A stretch of 64,000 nt of DNA, taken from positions 2,049-66,048 of the forward strand of contig CAYGXJ010000118.1 in the NCBI GenBank assembly GCA_964353865.1, in the 5' to 3' direction. The notes under the pieces are model-generated. The model did no database searches and was not told the origin of the DNA. It worked only from the letters and a program-made list of their open reading frames with translations. The DNA is from an uncultured Anaerolineales bacterium (lineage in GTDB: Bacteria > Chloroflexota > Anaerolineae > Anaerolineales > RBG-16-64-43). Below are positions 9,253 through 20,148 of this stretch, one piece after another (position 1 is the first letter of the stretch; the number at the start of each line of letters is the position of its first letter). The translations under genes were made by a program, and so were the position numbers.

Positions 9253-10593
9253 CTAATGAACGAGCATCGACTCGTCGTAACCCCGCAACTTGAGTTCCGC
9301 CTCGAGATTGAAGAACAGATCGCGCACCACACCCACCACGATCAGCAAGCCCGAGGACGACACCAGCAGCAAGCTGCTGCTGCCCGCGAACGGAAATACC
9401 ACGTTGACAATGTAGGGTATGACGGCCACGATACCCAGGAACAGCGCCCCGGGGAGCGTAATCCGCCGCATGACCCGCGTCAGATAGCGCTGGGTCGGAG
9501 CGCCCGCCGTCACCCCCGGGATTTGCGCGCCCGAGCGCTTGAGGTTGTCGCCGTAATTCTGCTGGGCGAAGAGCACATCGGTATAGAAGAAGGTGAAGGC
9601 CACGACCAGCACAAAATACATCAACCCGTACCATCCACTCTGGCCGCCGAAGATCGACTCGACGCCCGCCGCCAGGTTGCGCACCCACAGCGTCTTGGAG
9701 GCGATGAAGAACTGGGCGATGATCGCCGGGAAGGTCAGGAACGACTGGGCGAAGATGAGCGGGATCATGCCCGCCATGTTCACCAAGAGCGGCAGCGTGC
9801 CCTTGACCGGCATCGCCTGGCGGTGGCCAATGCGCCGGCCGGGGTACATCACCGGCACGTTGCGCCGCCCTTGCTGCACCACCACGATGGCAAACACGGT
9901 CAGGATCATCAGCGCCAGGTAGAACGCGATCAGGAACCAACGCCGCTGCTCGTCGGTGAGCAGCTGGCCGAAGTTGGCCGGGATGCGCGACACGATGCCT
10001 GCGAAGATGATCAGCGACAGGCCCTGGTTGCGCACGCCGTATTCCGAAATCAATTCACCCAGCCAGATGCCGAACATCGTCCCGGCCGTCATTGTGAGCA
10101 GGGTGGTGATTGTCGGCAGCAGGTTCTCACCGGTGAAGCCGAAGTGCTTGATGATCGGCAGCCCGCCGGCCAGCGTCTGGAACAGGCGCACCTGGCCGAT
10201 TGCGTTGAGCGTGGCCATCGGCACGGCCAGGTAGTACGTCCAGCGCTCCATCCAGCGCCGGCCTTCCTGCGGGTCTTCCTTCATGCGCCGGTCCCAGGCG
10301 GGGATGATCGGCACCAGAAGCTGCAGGATGATCTGGGCCGTGATGTAGGGGTAGACCCCCATGGCCAGCACCGAGAAGTTGGACACGGTGCCGCCCGACA
10401 GCAGGTCGAGCAGGTTGAGCAACGTGCTGCCGGCGCCTCCCTGGGCGAATATCTGCGCCAGGGCGGCGCGGTCTACACCCGGCACGGGCACATGCGAGGC
10501 CAGGCGGTAGATCACGAGCAACGCCAGCGTGATGAGCAGCCGGTTGCGCAGGTCCTGAGCGGTCCATAGATGACGCAAGGCCGAACGGCGCAT
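9253..10593 (-). CDS. secY: Preprotein translocase SecY
   Basis: MGVYPYITAQII, GLSLIIFAGI, multiple transmembrane segments, spc operon position. Confidence 0.97.
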   Translation of the reverse strand: MRRSALRHLWTAQDLRNRLLITLALLVIYRLASHVPVPGVDRAALAQIFAQGGAGSTLLNLLDLLSGGTVSNFSVLAMGVYPYITAQIILQLLVPIIPAWDRRMKEDPQEGRRWMERWTYYLAVPMATLNAIGQVRLFQTLAGGLPIIKHFGFTGENLLPTITTLLTMTAGTMFGIWLGELISEYGVRNQGLSLIIFAGIVSRIPANFGQLLTDEQRRWFLIAFYLALMILTVFAIVVVQQGRRNVPVMYPGRRIGHRQAMPVKGTLPLLVNMAGMIPLIFAQSFLTFPAIIAQFFIASKTLWVRNLAAGVESIFGGQSGWYGLMYFVLVVAFTFFYTDVLFAQQNYGDNLKRSGAQIPGVTAGAPTQRYLTRVMRRITLPGALFLGIVAVIPYIVNVVFPFAGSSSLLLVSSSGLLIVVGVVRDLFFNLEAELKLRGYDESMLVH

Positions 10594-10617
10594 GCTCTGG
10601 CTCCTTAGTCTCCACCG

Positions 10618-11070
10618 CTAGGCGGCGGAGAACTCCTCCACGGTGCCGCCCGCCGCCTCGATCTTGGCGCGGGCTCCTTTGCTGACGCGCTGCACATGAA
10701 TGGTCAGCGCCACTTTCACCTCACCCCGGCCGAGGATGACCACCGGCAGTTCGGGGCGGCTGAGCAGCCCCTGGCCCGCCAGCGACTCGGGCGTGACCCG
10801 CGTGCCGGCCGGAAGCGAGGCCAAGGTCTCCAAGTTGACCTCGTTGTATATCGTCCGATGGAGCGGATCGAATCCGCGCTTGAAGGGCAGACTCCGGAAG
10901 AGCGGCAGGTTACCGCCCTGGAAATACAGCCCGGGGCCCCCGCCCTGGCGCGCGCCCTGGCCTTTCGTGCCGCGCCCGGCCGTCTTGCCTTGCCCGGCGG
11001 AGGTGCCGCGGCCGACACGCTTCTTGCGATGCGTGGCGCCGGGGTTGGGCTTGAGCTCATGCAGTTTCAT
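10618..11070 (-). CDS. rplO: 50S ribosomal protein L15
   Basis: RVGRGTSAGQGKTAGRGTKGQ. Confidence 0.97.
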   Translation of the reverse strand: MKLHELKPNPGATHRKKRVGRGTSAGQGKTAGRGTKGQGARQGGGPGLYFQGGNLPLFRSLPFKRGFDPLHRTIYNEVNLETLASLPAGTRVTPESLAGQGLLSRPELPVVILGRGEVKVALTIHVQRVSKGARAKIEAAGGTVEEFSAA

Positions 11071-11312
11071 TACGCCTTCTCCTTGCCGGACGGCGCGGCC
11101 TCGACGCTGACCAGGTGAGCCACCTTGGCCAGCATGCCGCGCAGTTGAGGCGTGTCTTCCTGCTCGACGACTTGATTGATGTGCCGCAGGCCCAGCGCCG
11201 CAATGGTGGCCTTGTGGCGGTAAGTGTTGCCGATCGGGCTGCGCACCAGGCGCACGCGCACGCGCCCTGCCGCCTGGCTGGCGCGCGCTCGGGGTTTGGA
11301 TGGACTAGTCAC
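11070..11312 (-). CDS. rpmD: 50S ribosomal protein L30
   Basis: LVRSPIG...ALGLRHINQ...GMLAKVAHLV, with a short N-terminal extension. Confidence 0.95.
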   Translation of the reverse strand: MTSPSKPRARASQAAGRVRVRLVRSPIGNTYRHKATIAALGLRHINQVVEQEDTPQLRGMLAKVAHLVSVEAAPSGKEKA

Positions 11313-11844
11313 TCTTCCTCCGCTCCCAGAAGGGCTTCAGGCTTTCGGCCGGCTTGCCGCGCATGGCGGCCAGCTTGGCCGGGTCGTACAGCCGCTCCAG
11401 GGCATCCACCGTGGCTCGCACCACATTGAGGGTGTTCGCCGATCCGAGCGACTTGGTAAGGATGTCGCGCACGCCGGCGGCCTCGAGCACGGCGCGCACG
11501 CCGCCGGCCGCGATCACTCCCGTGCCGGGCGAAGCCGGCTTGAGCAGGACCATGGCCCCGCCGCAGCGACCGGTCACTTCATGCGGGATGGTCGTGCGCG
11601 ATAGCGGGATGGCCTTCATAACGTGGCGCGCACGCTCAGTGCCCTTGCGAATCGCATCCGGCACCGTGCGGCTCTTGCCCATGCCAATGCCGACCCGGCC
11701 GTGGTTGTCGCCCACCACCACCACCGTGCGAAAGGAGAAGTGGCGGCCGCCCTTGACCACTTTGGCGACCCGGGCGATGTCGATCACGCGCTCGTCAAAT
11801 TCCGACTTTTCCTCAACCCGGACGTTTCTCTCGTTTCGTGGCAT
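11305..11844 (-). CDS. rpsE: 30S ribosomal protein S5
   Basis: RVAKVVKGGR, PASPGTGVIA. Confidence 0.97.
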   Translation of the reverse strand: MPRNERNVRVEEKSEFDERVIDIARVAKVVKGGRHFSFRTVVVVGDNHGRVGIGMGKSRTVPDAIRKGTERARHVMKAIPLSRTTIPHEVTGRCGGAMVLLKPASPGTGVIAAGGVRAVLEAAGVRDILTKSLGSANTLNVVRATVDALERLYDPAKLAAMRGKPAESLKPFWERRKSD

Positions 11845-11858
11845 GTCTCACTCCCGCG

Positions 11859-12227
11859 CTAGAACTCGAGCCCGGCCTCGCGCGCACCATCCGCCAGCGC
11901 ACGCACGCGACCCTGATAGCGGTACCCGCCGCGATCGAAAACGACGGCGGCAATGCCCTTCGCCCGCGCCCGCTCGGCCAGGAGCTTGCCCACTTCCTTG
12001 GCTTGCTGGCTCTTGTTGAGGCCTTTGAGCCTCTCGGCCAGACCGCGGTCGAGGGTCGAGGCCGCAGCCAGTGTCTGCCCGCGCTCGTCGTCAATCACCT
12101 GGGCGTACACTTCCGCCAGGCTGCGGAAGACGCTCAGCCGCGGGCGCGCGGTGGTGCCGCTGACGGTGCGGCGGATATGCATGTGGCGGCGCTTGCGCGC
12201 CTGAGTTCGAGATTTGTGCGCCATCAT
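11859..12227 (-). CDS. rplR: 50S ribosomal protein L18
   Basis: [23 protein letters not shown]. Confidence 0.97.
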   Translation of the reverse strand: MMAHKSRTQARKRRHMHIRRTVSGTTARPRLSVFRSLAEVYAQVIDDERGQTLAAASTLDRGLAERLKGLNKSQQAKEVGKLLAERARAKGIAAVVFDRGGYRYQGRVRALADGAREAGLEF

Positions 12228-12235
12228 CTCACCTG

Positions 12236-12787
12236 TTACTTGGCAGCGGCCTTGCCGGCCTTGCCCGCCTTGTGGCGAACTCGTTCCCCGACGTAGCGCA
12301 GACCCTTGCCCTTGTACGGCTCGGGCGGCCGGATCTTGCGCAAGTCGGCGGCCACCTGGCCGACGAGTTCCTTGTCGTATCCGCTCACCTGAATGATGCG
12401 CGTCTTCTCCTCCACACTGAAGCCGATGCCCGCCGGCGGTTTGACCACCACCGGATGCGAGAAGCCCACGCTCACGACCAGGTTCTTCTCCTTAAGCTCG
12501 GCGCGATACCCCACCCCTTCGAGTTGCAGCTGCTTGGAGTAGCCCTGGCTCACCCCGGTGACCATGTTCTGGATCAGCGCACGGGTCATTCCGTGAAATG
12601 CGCGCCAGCGCCGCTCGTCGCTTTCCCGCTGTACCGTCAACTCTTCGCCCTGCTGGGCGATGGTCATGCCGTGCGGGAAAGAGCGGGTCAGCTCGCCCTT
12701 CGGGCCGCGCACGTGCACCTGGGTGCCGGTGACCTCCACCTCGACTCCGGCCGGGATCTTCACCGGCATTCGTCCAATTCGCGACAT
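12236..12787 (-). CDS. rplF: 50S ribosomal protein L6
   Basis: [18 protein letters not shown]. Confidence 0.98.
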   Translation of the reverse strand: MSRIGRMPVKIPAGVEVEVTGTQVHVRGPKGELTRSFPHGMTIAQQGEELTVQRESDERRWRAFHGMTRALIQNMVTGVSQGYSKQLQLEGVGYRAELKEKNLVVSVGFSHPVVVKPPAGIGFSVEEKTRIIQVSGYDKELVGQVAADLRKIRPPEPYKGKGLRYVGERVRHKAGKAGKAAAK

Positions 12788-12832
12788 GCCATCCTCCTTG
12801 CGCCCGTTCTGGCCGTGCTGCGCCAGGCGCGC

Positions 12833-13243
12833 CTACCAGACCTTGCAGATCACTTCGCCGCCCACACCCAGCTTGCGGGCGCGCGCGCCGGTCATCACGC
12901 CCTTGGGCGTTGAGAGAATCGTTACCCCCAGGCCCGACAGCACGCGCGGGATCTCGTTACGTCCGGCATACACCCGCCGCCCCGGGCGGCTGACGCGCTC
13001 GAGCCCGGCGATCACTGGGCGCCGCTCGCGGCGCTCGCCGACATACTTGAGGTGGACGCGCAGCGCGGAGAACTTGCCCTCTTCGTCGACCACCTCGAAC
13101 TTGTCGATGTAGCCTTCGTCCTTGAGGATCTGCGCCAGCGAGGCCTTAATGCGCGAGGCAGGCATAGCCACGACGGCATGCCCGGCCATCAGCCCGTTGC
13201 GGATGCGGCACAGCATGTCGGCGATAGGATCCGTAATGGTCAT
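12833..13243 (-). CDS. rpsH: 30S ribosomal protein S8
   Basis: [29 protein letters not shown]. Confidence 0.98.
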   Translation of the reverse strand: MTITDPIADMLCRIRNGLMAGHAVVAMPASRIKASLAQILKDEGYIDKFEVVDEEGKFSALRVHLKYVGERRERRPVIAGLERVSRPGRRVYAGRNEIPRVLSGLGVTILSTPKGVMTGARARKLGVGGEVICKVW

Positions 13244-13283
13244 GAGACAGCTCTCCTTCCGATCCAGAAGGGCACACCCGCCC

Positions 13284-13466
13284 CTACCACGAGGCCTTCG
13301 TCACGCCGGGGATTCTCCCCGCCAAGGCCTGCTCGCGGAAGCAAATCCGGCACATTTGGAACTTGCGCATATAGCCCCGCGGCCGGCCGCACAGGCGGCA
13401 GCGGTTGCGCACTTGCACCGGGTACTTGCGGCGGGTCTCACGAATGACAATCGATTTCTTGGCCAT
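13284..13466 (-). CDS. rpsN: 30S ribosomal protein S14, Zn-binding short type
   Basis: [10 protein letters not shown]...MCRICFRE...PGVTKASW. Confidence 0.97.
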   Translation of the reverse strand: MAKKSIVIRETRRKYPVQVRNRCRLCGRPRGYMRKFQMCRICFREQALAGRIPGVTKASW

Positions 13467-13468
13467 GC

Positions 13469-14017
13469 TCAGGCCCCTTTCCGGAACGGCATACCGAGTA
13501 GCTGCAGCAGGCGCCGGCCCTCTTCATCGTTGCGCGCGCTGGTCACAATCGTCACCTCAAACCCACGCGCCTTGTCGATCTTGTCGTACTGGATTTCCGG
13601 GAAGATCAACTGCTCGCGCAGGCCGAGGGTGTAGTTGCCGCGCCCATCGAAGCTGTCCTCGGGCGCGCCGCGGAAATCGCGCACCCGCGGCAGGGCCACG
13701 TTCATCAGCCGGTCGAGGAACGACCACATGCGCTCGCCACGCAGAGTGACCATGGCGCCGATGACGCGCCCCTCGCGCAACTTGAAGTTGGCGATGCTCT
13801 TGCGCGCCTTGGTCACCACCGGCTTCTGGCCGGCGATAATCGTCAGGTCGCCCACCGCCGCCTCGAGCGCCTTGGGGTTGTCGAGCGCCTCGCCCAGCCC
13901 GATATTGACCACGATCTTGCGCACCTGCGGCACCTGCATTGGATTGGTGTAGCCGAAATCGCGCCGCAGGGCAGGCACAATTTCCGTTCGATAGCGTTCC
14001 AGCATGTTGTGAGCCAT
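13469..14017 (-). CDS. rplE: 50S ribosomal protein L5
   Basis: [30 protein letters not shown]. Confidence 0.98.
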   Translation of the reverse strand: MAHNMLERYRTEIVPALRRDFGYTNPMQVPQVRKIVVNIGLGEALDNPKALEAAVGDLTIIAGQKPVVTKARKSIANFKLREGRVIGAMVTLRGERMWSFLDRLMNVALPRVRDFRGAPEDSFDGRGNYTLGLREQLIFPEIQYDKIDKARGFEVTIVTSARNDEEGRRLLQLLGMPFRKGA

Positions 14018-14038
14018 GGCTCTTCTTCACTCCAGCGG

Positions 14039-14359
14039 CTAGGCGTCGATTACGGCGTGGCAATTCTTGCACACCCGCACGCGCCGTTCGCCCTGTGGCT
14101 GGCGGCCCACCCGCGACGCTTCACCGCACTTGGGGCAGACCAGCATCACGTTCGAAAGATGCAGCGGCCCAGGAAACTCAATAATGCCCGGGGTCAGCGC
14201 CCGGCCTTGGGTCTGGACCTGGCGCTTGTGCTTCTTGCGCAGGTTGACACCTTCCACCACCACGAAGTCGGCGCTCGGGATGACGCGCAGCACCTGGCCG
14301 CGCTTGCCGCGGTCCTTCCCGCTCAGCACTTCGATCGTGTCGCCCTTCTTGATGTTCAC
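14039..14359 (-). CDS. rplX: 50S ribosomal protein L24
   Basis: [19 protein letters not shown] (KOW motif); GTG start after GAGGAG. Confidence 0.96.
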   Translation of the reverse strand: MNIKKGDTIEVLSGKDRGKRGQVLRVIPSADFVVVEGVNLRKKHKRQVQTQGRALTPGIIEFPGPLHLSNVMLVCPKCGEASRVGRQPQGERRVRVCKNCHAVIDA

Positions 14360-14449
14360 AGTCGGCTCCTCATCCTGCGCGCGAACCCGTACGGTCGCGG
14401 CCCCAGATCCTCTGGGGCATGTCCCCTTGAACACCTCGGGGGCCAGCCC

Positions 14450-14821
14450 CTACAAGACTTCGGGGGCCAGCGAGACGATCTTCATGAAGCCCTTCTCGCG
14501 CAACTCGCGCGCCACCGGCCCGAAAATGCGGGTGCCTCTGGGGTTCTCACCGTCGGCATCCAATATGACGGCCGCGTTGTCGTCGAAGCGGATGTACGAC
14601 CCATCCTCGCGGCGGTACTCTTTGGTGGTGCGCACGATGACGGCCTTGACCACTTCGCTCTTCTTCACCGCCCCCTGAGGCGCGGCGGATTTCACGGCGG
14701 CCACCACCACGTCGCCGATGGAGCCTGTCTTGCGGCGCGAGCCGCCCTGGATGTGGATCACCAGCAACTCGCGCGCGCCGGTGTTGTCGGCCACCGTCAG
14801 GCGCGTCTCTTGCTGGATCAT
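14450..14821 (-). CDS. rplN: 50S ribosomal protein L14
   Basis: [27 protein letters not shown]. Confidence 0.98.
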   Translation of the reverse strand: MIQQETRLTVADNTGARELLVIHIQGGSRRKTGSIGDVVVAAVKSAAPQGAVKKSEVVKAVIVRTTKEYRREDGSYIRFDDNAAVILDADGENPRGTRIFGPVARELREKGFMKIVSLAPEVL

Positions 14822-15111
14822 GCCGCACCTCCGGTGTTGGCCGCGTCAGGCGAAACCGCCACCTGCTGCCCGCGCAGCAGGACCTTTTCCACTACCCAGC
14901 GCTTGCTGTGCGAGAGCGGGCGGCTCTCTACGAGTTCCACCTTATCGCCCAGGCTGCAACCCAGCGGGTCGTGGGCCATGAATTTCGATGAGCGGTGCAC
15001 CACTTTGCCGTACAGCGGGTGGCGCACGGTGTAGTCCACACGCACGACCACGCTCTTGGTCATGCGGGCGCTCACCACGGTGCCGATCATGCGGCGGCGT
15101 TCGTTGGTCAT
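14818..15111 (-). CDS. rpsQ: 30S ribosomal protein S17
   Basis: GTVVS.RM.KS, HPLYGK, ESRPLS..KRW. Confidence 0.97.
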   Translation of the reverse strand: MTNERRRMIGTVVSARMTKSVVVRVDYTVRHPLYGKVVHRSSKFMAHDPLGCSLGDKVELVESRPLSHSKRWVVEKVLLRGQQVAVSPDAANTGGAA

Positions 15112-15323
15112 GCCTGCTGTCCTTCCCCTTCCACCGCGAGCTCCCGCTCGCGCACAAGCGTTTCGATGCGGGCGATGGTGCGGCGCACGACCTTGAGCCG
15201 GGTGTAGTCCGACAGCTGGCCCATGGTGAACTGGAAGCGCAGCTTCATATACTCGTCGCGCGTTTCGTCGAGCTTGGTGCGCAATTCGGCGGTTGCCAGG
15301 GCGCGCAGTTCTTCAACGTTCAT
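15108..15323 (-). CDS. rpmC: 50S ribosomal protein L29
   Basis: MNVEELRAL...LRFQ..MGQL...[10 protein letters not shown]. Confidence 0.95.
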   Translation of the reverse strand: MNVEELRALATAELRTKLDETRDEYMKLRFQFTMGQLSDYTRLKVVRRTIARIETLVRERELAVEGEGQQA

Positions 15324-15754
15324 GCCGCCTCCTCGCCGCGCCCGGTCTCCAAGCGCGCGATGGACTTGGTGCGCAGCGCGAGCTTGAAGGCGGCCCGCTC
15401 CAAGGCCTCCATGGCAGCCTCTTCGGGGAGACCACCCACCTCGAAGATAATGCGCCCAGGCTTGACCACCGCCACCCAGTGATCCACCGCGCCCTTGCCC
15501 TTGCCCATGCGGGTCTCGGCGGCCTTGCGGGTCACCGGCTTGTCGGGGAAGATGCGGATCCAGATCTTCCCACGGCGCTTCATTGAATGGACCAAGGCGC
15601 GGCGAGCCGCTTCGATTTGGCGTTGGGTCATCCAGCCGGGCTCCAAGGCTTGCAGCCCCCACTCACCGAAGGCCAACTCGGTGCCACGGGTCTCGTGGCC
15701 CTTCATGCGGCCGCGCATTTGCTTGCGCCATTTCACACGCTTCGGCAATAGCAT
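15320..15754 (-). CDS. rplP: 50S ribosomal protein L16
   Basis: [18 protein letters not shown]. Confidence 0.98.
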   Translation of the reverse strand: MLLPKRVKWRKQMRGRMKGHETRGTELAFGEWGLQALEPGWMTQRQIEAARRALVHSMKRRGKIWIRIFPDKPVTRKAAETRMGKGKGAVDHWVAVVKPGRIIFEVGGLPEEAAMEALERAAFKLALRTKSIARLETGRGEEAA

Positions 15755-15806
15755 TGCGTCACCTCACTTCGCCGCGCAGATGGGCTGGCCACCCCGCGCA
15801 GCACGG

Positions 15807-16487
15807 CTACTCGCTGACGTAGGCGCCTTCGGTCGCCGGCATGTTCGTCTCTTCCGCCTCGGGGCGCGCTTCACCCCGGAAGATCCACACCTTGACCCCG
15901 ATCCGCCCAAAGGTGGTCAGGGCCTCGGCCCGCGCAAAGTCCACGTCGGCGCGCAGCCATTGCAGCGGCACCCGGCCTTCGCGCACCCATTCGGTGCGGC
16001 GCATCTCGCTGCCCGAGAGACGCCCGGCGCACATCACCTTGATTCCCTTGGCGCCCTGGCGCATGGCCGAGCTCACCGCGCGCTTCATCGCCCGGCTGTG
16101 GCCGATGCGCCGCTCGAGCTGGCGCGCAATATTGTCGGCCACCAACGGTGCTTCCAGGTCGGGCGCATTCACTTCCACCACCTTGAGGTCCACCTTGCAG
16201 CCGGTGAGCTGCTCCAGGTGCTGGCGCAGTTCTTTCACCGTGGCCCCCTTGCGCCCGATAAACACCCCGGGCTTGGCGGTGTGCACGAACACGCGCACCA
16301 GGTTATGGTTGCGTTCGATCTCCACCCGCGCGATGGCCGCGCTGGTCGCGTCCTTGAGAATCAGGCGGCGGATGGCGATATCCTGGTGCAACTGGCTGGC
16401 GTACTGCTTGCCGCTCGCGAACCAGCGGCTGTCCCAGCTCTTGTTGATTCCCAGGCGAAATCCGATCGGATGTACTTTGCGCCCCAT
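15807..16487 (-). CDS. rpsC: 30S ribosomal protein S3
   Basis: MGRKVHPIGFRLG, GRVPLQ.LRA, GVKVWI. Confidence 0.98.
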   Translation of the reverse strand: MGRKVHPIGFRLGINKSWDSRWFASGKQYASQLHQDIAIRRLILKDATSAAIARVEIERNHNLVRVFVHTAKPGVFIGRKGATVKELRQHLEQLTGCKVDLKVVEVNAPDLEAPLVADNIARQLERRIGHSRAMKRAVSSAMRQGAKGIKVMCAGRLSGSEMRRTEWVREGRVPLQWLRADVDFARAEALTTFGRIGVKVWIFRGEARPEAEETNMPATEGAYVSE

Positions 16488-16546
16488 AGCATCTCCTGGC
16501 CCGGTGCCGGCCGTCGCCCCGCAGGGTGCGCCGTGCTCCGGAATCC

Positions 16547-16891
16547 CTACTCGGCCGTCACTTCGCGCAAGGTGATGGTGACGTGCGACGTGCGCCGCAG
16601 AATCGGCTTGAATCGTCCGCGCGCACCGAAGCGCCGCCAGCGGCGGGTCGGTCCTTCATTGGCGAAGACCCCGCTCACCACCAGATCCTCCGTGCGCCAA
16701 CCGGCGTTCTCTTCGGCATTGGCCATAGCCGAGCGCAGCAGCTTGGCCACATCGTGGGCCGCGGTCTGCGGCAGGCTTTGCAGGAGGGCCAAAGCCTGCG
16801 GCGCCTTGCGTCCGCGAATGACGTTGATGACGCGCCGCATCTTTTGCGCCGAGGAGGGTGCGAAGCGCAGGGTTGCTCTGACCTCTTCCAT
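16547..16891 (-). CDS. rplV: 50S ribosomal protein L22
   Basis: KLLRSAMANAE, RRTSHVTI. Confidence 0.97.
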   Translation of the reverse strand: MEEVRATLRFAPSSAQKMRRVINVIRGRKAPQALALLQSLPQTAAHDVAKLLRSAMANAEENAGWRTEDLVVSGVFANEGPTRRWRRFGARGRFKPILRRTSHVTITLREVTAE

Positions 16892-16894
16892 GGA

Positions 16895-17212
16895 CTATCC
16901 CTCCTTGGCAGCGGGGGCCGGCACCGCGGGCGTGGCCGCCGTGGTGGCAGCTTCTCGCGTCACATGCCCGCGAAAGGTGCGCGTCGGGGCGAATTCGCCC
17001 AGGCGGTGGCCCACCATGTTCTCGGTGACATAGATCGGCACGTGTCGCCGGCCGTCGTGAACCGCGATGGTGTGGCCCACCATCTGCGGGAAGATCGTGC
17101 TGGCGCGGCTCCAGGTGCGAATGACCTTCTTCTCGCCGCGCTGGTTCATGGCCTCGACCTTCTTCAAGAGCTTCGGTTCGACGAACGGCCCCTTCTTCAG
17201 CGATCGCGACAT
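16895..17212 (-). CDS. rpsS: 30S ribosomal protein S19
   Basis: [24 protein letters not shown]. Confidence 0.98.
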   Translation of the reverse strand: MSRSLKKGPFVEPKLLKKVEAMNQRGEKKVIRTWSRASTIFPQMVGHTIAVHDGRRHVPIYVTENMVGHRLGEFAPTRTFRGHVTREAATTAATPAVPAPAAKEG

Positions 17213-17242
17213 TTTCTTGCCTCCACACTAATCCCGGACGCT

Positions 17243-18085
17243 TCAGGCCTTCTTGCGCTTGGGCACCCGGCGCCGCACGATGAACTGATCGGTCAGCTTG
17301 TTGTTGCGCGTGCGCTTGCCGCGGGTGGGTTTGCCCCACGGGCTCTTCGGGCTGGGCATGCCCGTCGGCTGCCGGCCTTCGCCGCCGCCGTGCGGATGGT
17401 CGCGCGGCGACATGGCCGTGCCGCGCACCGTCGGGCGCACGCCGCGGTGGCGGCTGGCACCGGCCTTGCCCAGCTTCACGTTGCGCCGCTCCACATTGCC
17501 CACAACGCCGATCGTTGCGTAGCAGGTCTGCCTCACCAGACGCACCTCACCCGAAGGCAGGCGCACCTGGGCATACTCGCTTTCCTTGGCCAGGATCTGC
17601 GCGCCGGCACCCGCCGAACGCACCAGCTGCCCGCCGCGCCCGTCCTGCAATTCCACATTGTGCACCAGCGTGCCCACCGGAATCTGCGAGATGGGCAGCG
17701 CGTTGCCCGCGCGGATCTCGGCCTGCGGACCCGCCATCACCGTGTCGCCCACCTTGAGGTCGAGCGGGGCGATGATGTAGCGCTTCTCGCCGTCGGCGTA
17801 GACCACGAGTGCAATGCGCGCCGAACGATTCGGATCGTATTCGATGTGCGCCACGCGCGCTGCGATATCGCGCTTGTCGCGCTTGAAATCGATGAGACGA
17901 ATGTGACGGCGCTCGCCGCCGCCGCGATGGCGGACGGAGACCTTGCCCTGTACGTCGCGACCGCCGTGCCCGCGGCGGGGCACGATCAGCGAGCGCTCGG
18001 GCCGTGCACGGGTGACCTCTTCGAAGGTCGGCCCGGCCATGCCCCGGCGACCGGGGGAGGTGGGTTTGAACTTCTTCACCGGCAT
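17243..18085 (-). CDS. rplB: 50S ribosomal protein L2
   Basis: [22 protein letters not shown]. Confidence 0.98.
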   Translation of the reverse strand: MPVKKFKPTSPGRRGMAGPTFEEVTRARPERSLIVPRRGHGGRDVQGKVSVRHRGGGERRHIRLIDFKRDKRDIAARVAHIEYDPNRSARIALVVYADGEKRYIIAPLDLKVGDTVMAGPQAEIRAGNALPISQIPVGTLVHNVELQDGRGGQLVRSAGAGAQILAKESEYAQVRLPSGEVRLVRQTCYATIGVVGNVERRNVKLGKAGASRHRGVRPTVRGTAMSPRDHPHGGGEGRQPTGMPSPKSPWGKPTRGKRTRNNKLTDQFIVRRRVPKRKKA

Positions 18086-18089
18086 GAGA

Positions 18090-18392
18090 TTATCCCTTCA
18101 CCCCTTCGAAGATCGGGATGGTGCCCTTGGACAGGGTGACGATCGCCTTCTTGAATTCCGAGCGGCGGACCCGCAGGCGGCGGTTGCGCAGCGAGCGGGT
18201 GCGCTTCATGGGCACGATCAGCATGTTGACCTTGGCCACCTCGACGTTCTCGAACAGGGTTTCGACCGCTTCCTTGACCTGGGCCTTGGTGGCGCCGGGC
18301 GCCACCTCGAACACGTACTGATGGCGCTTGCTGGCCAGGAAGGTGGTCTTCTCGGTGATGATCGGGCGCTTGAGGATCTCGTAGATCGTCAT
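18090..18392 (-). CDS. rplW: 50S ribosomal protein L23
   Basis: [15 protein letters not shown]. Confidence 0.97.
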   Translation of the reverse strand: MTIYEILKRPIITEKTTFLASKRHQYVFEVAPGATKAQVKEAVETLFENVEVAKVNMLIVPMKRTRSLRNRRLRVRRSEFKKAIVTLSKGTIPIFEGVKG

Positions 18393-19024
18393 GCGGCTCT
18401 CCCCGGATCGAGCCAGGCCCCGATCAGATCGAGCGCGGCCAATGGAACCACCACCTTCTGAAAGGCGAACAGATCGCGGATGTTCAGGTAGTTGGCGCGC
18501 AGCGTCTTGGCGTGGGCCAAGTTGCGCACCGAGCGCTCAACCACGTCATCGCCCTGCGGCAAGAGGACCAAGGCATTCTCGCCGCCGGTCATGGCCTTGA
18601 GGGCCACGGCCATGGCGCTGGTCGAGGGCTTCTCGAGGCTCAGCTCGTCGACCACCACCAGCATCGCTTCGGCCGCCTTGGCCGAGAGGGCCGAGCGCAG
18701 TGCCGCGCGGCGCATCTTCACCGGCATGTTGACCGAATAGTCGCGCGGCACAGGCGTGTGCACTTTGCCGCCGCCGCGCCATTGCGGCGCGCGGGTCGAG
18801 CCCTGGCGGGCGCGGCCGGTGCCCTTCTGGCGCCATGGCTTGCGGCCGCCGCCGGATACCTCGCCGCGGCCCTTGGTCTTGACCGTGCCCAGGCGCGCAT
18901 TGGCCAACTGCCGCACCAGCGCCTGGTGCATCAGATCCTGCCGGACCGGAGCTTCGAAGATGGCCGCGGGCAGGGTCACCCGCTTCACCTTCTTGCCCTG
19001 CATGTTCACCACATCCACTTCCAT
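18389..19024 (-). CDS. rplD: 50S ribosomal protein L4
   Basis: EVSGGGRKPWRQKGTGRARQGS; start at MEVDVV. Confidence 0.97.
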   Translation of the reverse strand: MEVDVVNMQGKKVKRVTLPAAIFEAPVRQDLMHQALVRQLANARLGTVKTKGRGEVSGGGRKPWRQKGTGRARQGSTRAPQWRGGGKVHTPVPRDYSVNMPVKMRRAALRSALSAKAAEAMLVVVDELSLEKPSTSAMAVALKAMTGGENALVLLPQGDDVVERSVRNLAHAKTLRANYLNIRDLFAFQKVVVPLAALDLIGAWLDPGRAA

Positions 19025-19061
19025 GGTTTTCGCTCCCAACGCCGTGTGCGCGCCTGCCGGC

Positions 19062-19691
19062 TTACTGCTTGCGCGCCTCGCGGACGAGCACGATGCTGCC
19101 CTTGCCCCCCGGCACGCTGCCCTCAACCCCGAGCAGGTTGCGCTCGGCGTCCACCAGCGCCACGCGCACCTTCGAAGAGGTGGAATGGGCCGAGCCCATA
19201 TGCCCGGCCATGCGCTTGCCGCGGTAGACCCGCCCAGGGGTAGTGGTCTGGCCGATGGCGCCCGGCGCGCGCTGCCGGTCCGATTGACCGTGGGTTTTCG
19301 GCCCGCCACTAAAGTGGTAGCGCTTCACGCCGCCCTGGAAGCCCTTGCCTTTGGAGGTGCCCAGAATGTCGACGCGCTCACCGATCGCAAACACCTCGAC
19401 CGTCACGCGATCCCCCGGCTTCAGGCTCTCTTCGACGCCGGGCTCGAACTCGCGCAAATAGCGCAACGGCTGCGGGGTGGCCTTCTGCAGGTGGCCGCGC
19501 TCGCCGCCGGTGAGGTGCGAACTCTTGGCTTCGCCGAAGCCGAGCTGCACGGCGGCATACCCGTCTTTCTCGGGGGTGCGCACCTGGACAACAAAACACG
19601 GCCCAGCTTCGATTAACGTGACCGGAACAAGGCGCCCGGCCAGGTCAAAGATCTGGGTCATGCCCACTTTTTTCCCAATCAACCCTTTCAT
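19062..19691 (-). CDS. rplC: 50S ribosomal protein L3
   Basis: GKKVGMTQIF, SKGKGFQGGVKR, GKRMAGHMG. Confidence 0.98.
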   Translation of the reverse strand: MKGLIGKKVGMTQIFDLAGRLVPVTLIEAGPCFVVQVRTPEKDGYAAVQLGFGEAKSSHLTGGERGHLQKATPQPLRYLREFEPGVEESLKPGDRVTVEVFAIGERVDILGTSKGKGFQGGVKRYHFSGGPKTHGQSDRQRAPGAIGQTTTPGRVYRGKRMAGHMGSAHSTSSKVRVALVDAERNLLGVEGSVPGGKGSIVLVREARKQ

Positions 19692-19829
19692 CGGTTGTCT
19701 CCTCATGCATGCACTGCGCGCGGGACTGTCGGCTTGGGACGGGCCGCATCATCCCCCCGCCCGGCGGTCAGCGGTCGGCGGCCCCTGCCGGGGCCGGCCG
19801 GTCCGCTCTTGCCGGAGGGTACGCGCCGC

Positions 19830-20138
19830 TCAGATCTTCATTTCGACGTCGACGCCGGCTGGCAGGTTCAAGCGCATCAGCGCATCCAGCGTCTTGGCGT
19901 CGGGTTCGGTGACCTCAATCAGCCGTTTGTGCGTTCGGATCTCGAAGTGCTCGTGAGAATCCTTGTCGATGAAAGCCCCCCGCCGCACCGTGAAGCGCTC
20001 GATCTCGGTGGGCAGCGGAACCGGGCCGACGACCTTGGCCCCGTTGCGCTCGGCGGTTTCCACAATGCGCCGCGCGGATTGGTCCAGGACGCGGTGGTCG
20101 TACGCTTTGAGCCGAATGCGGATCTTCTGGCGCGCCAT
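19830..20138 (-). CDS. rpsJ: 30S ribosomal protein S10
   Basis: [27 protein letters not shown]. Confidence 0.98.
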   Translation of the reverse strand: MARQKIRIRLKAYDHRVLDQSARRIVETAERNGAKVVGPVPLPTEIERFTVRRGAFIDKDSHEHFEIRTHKRLIEVTEPDAKTLDALMRLNLPAGVDVEMKI

Positions 20139-20148
20139 AAGTCCTTGC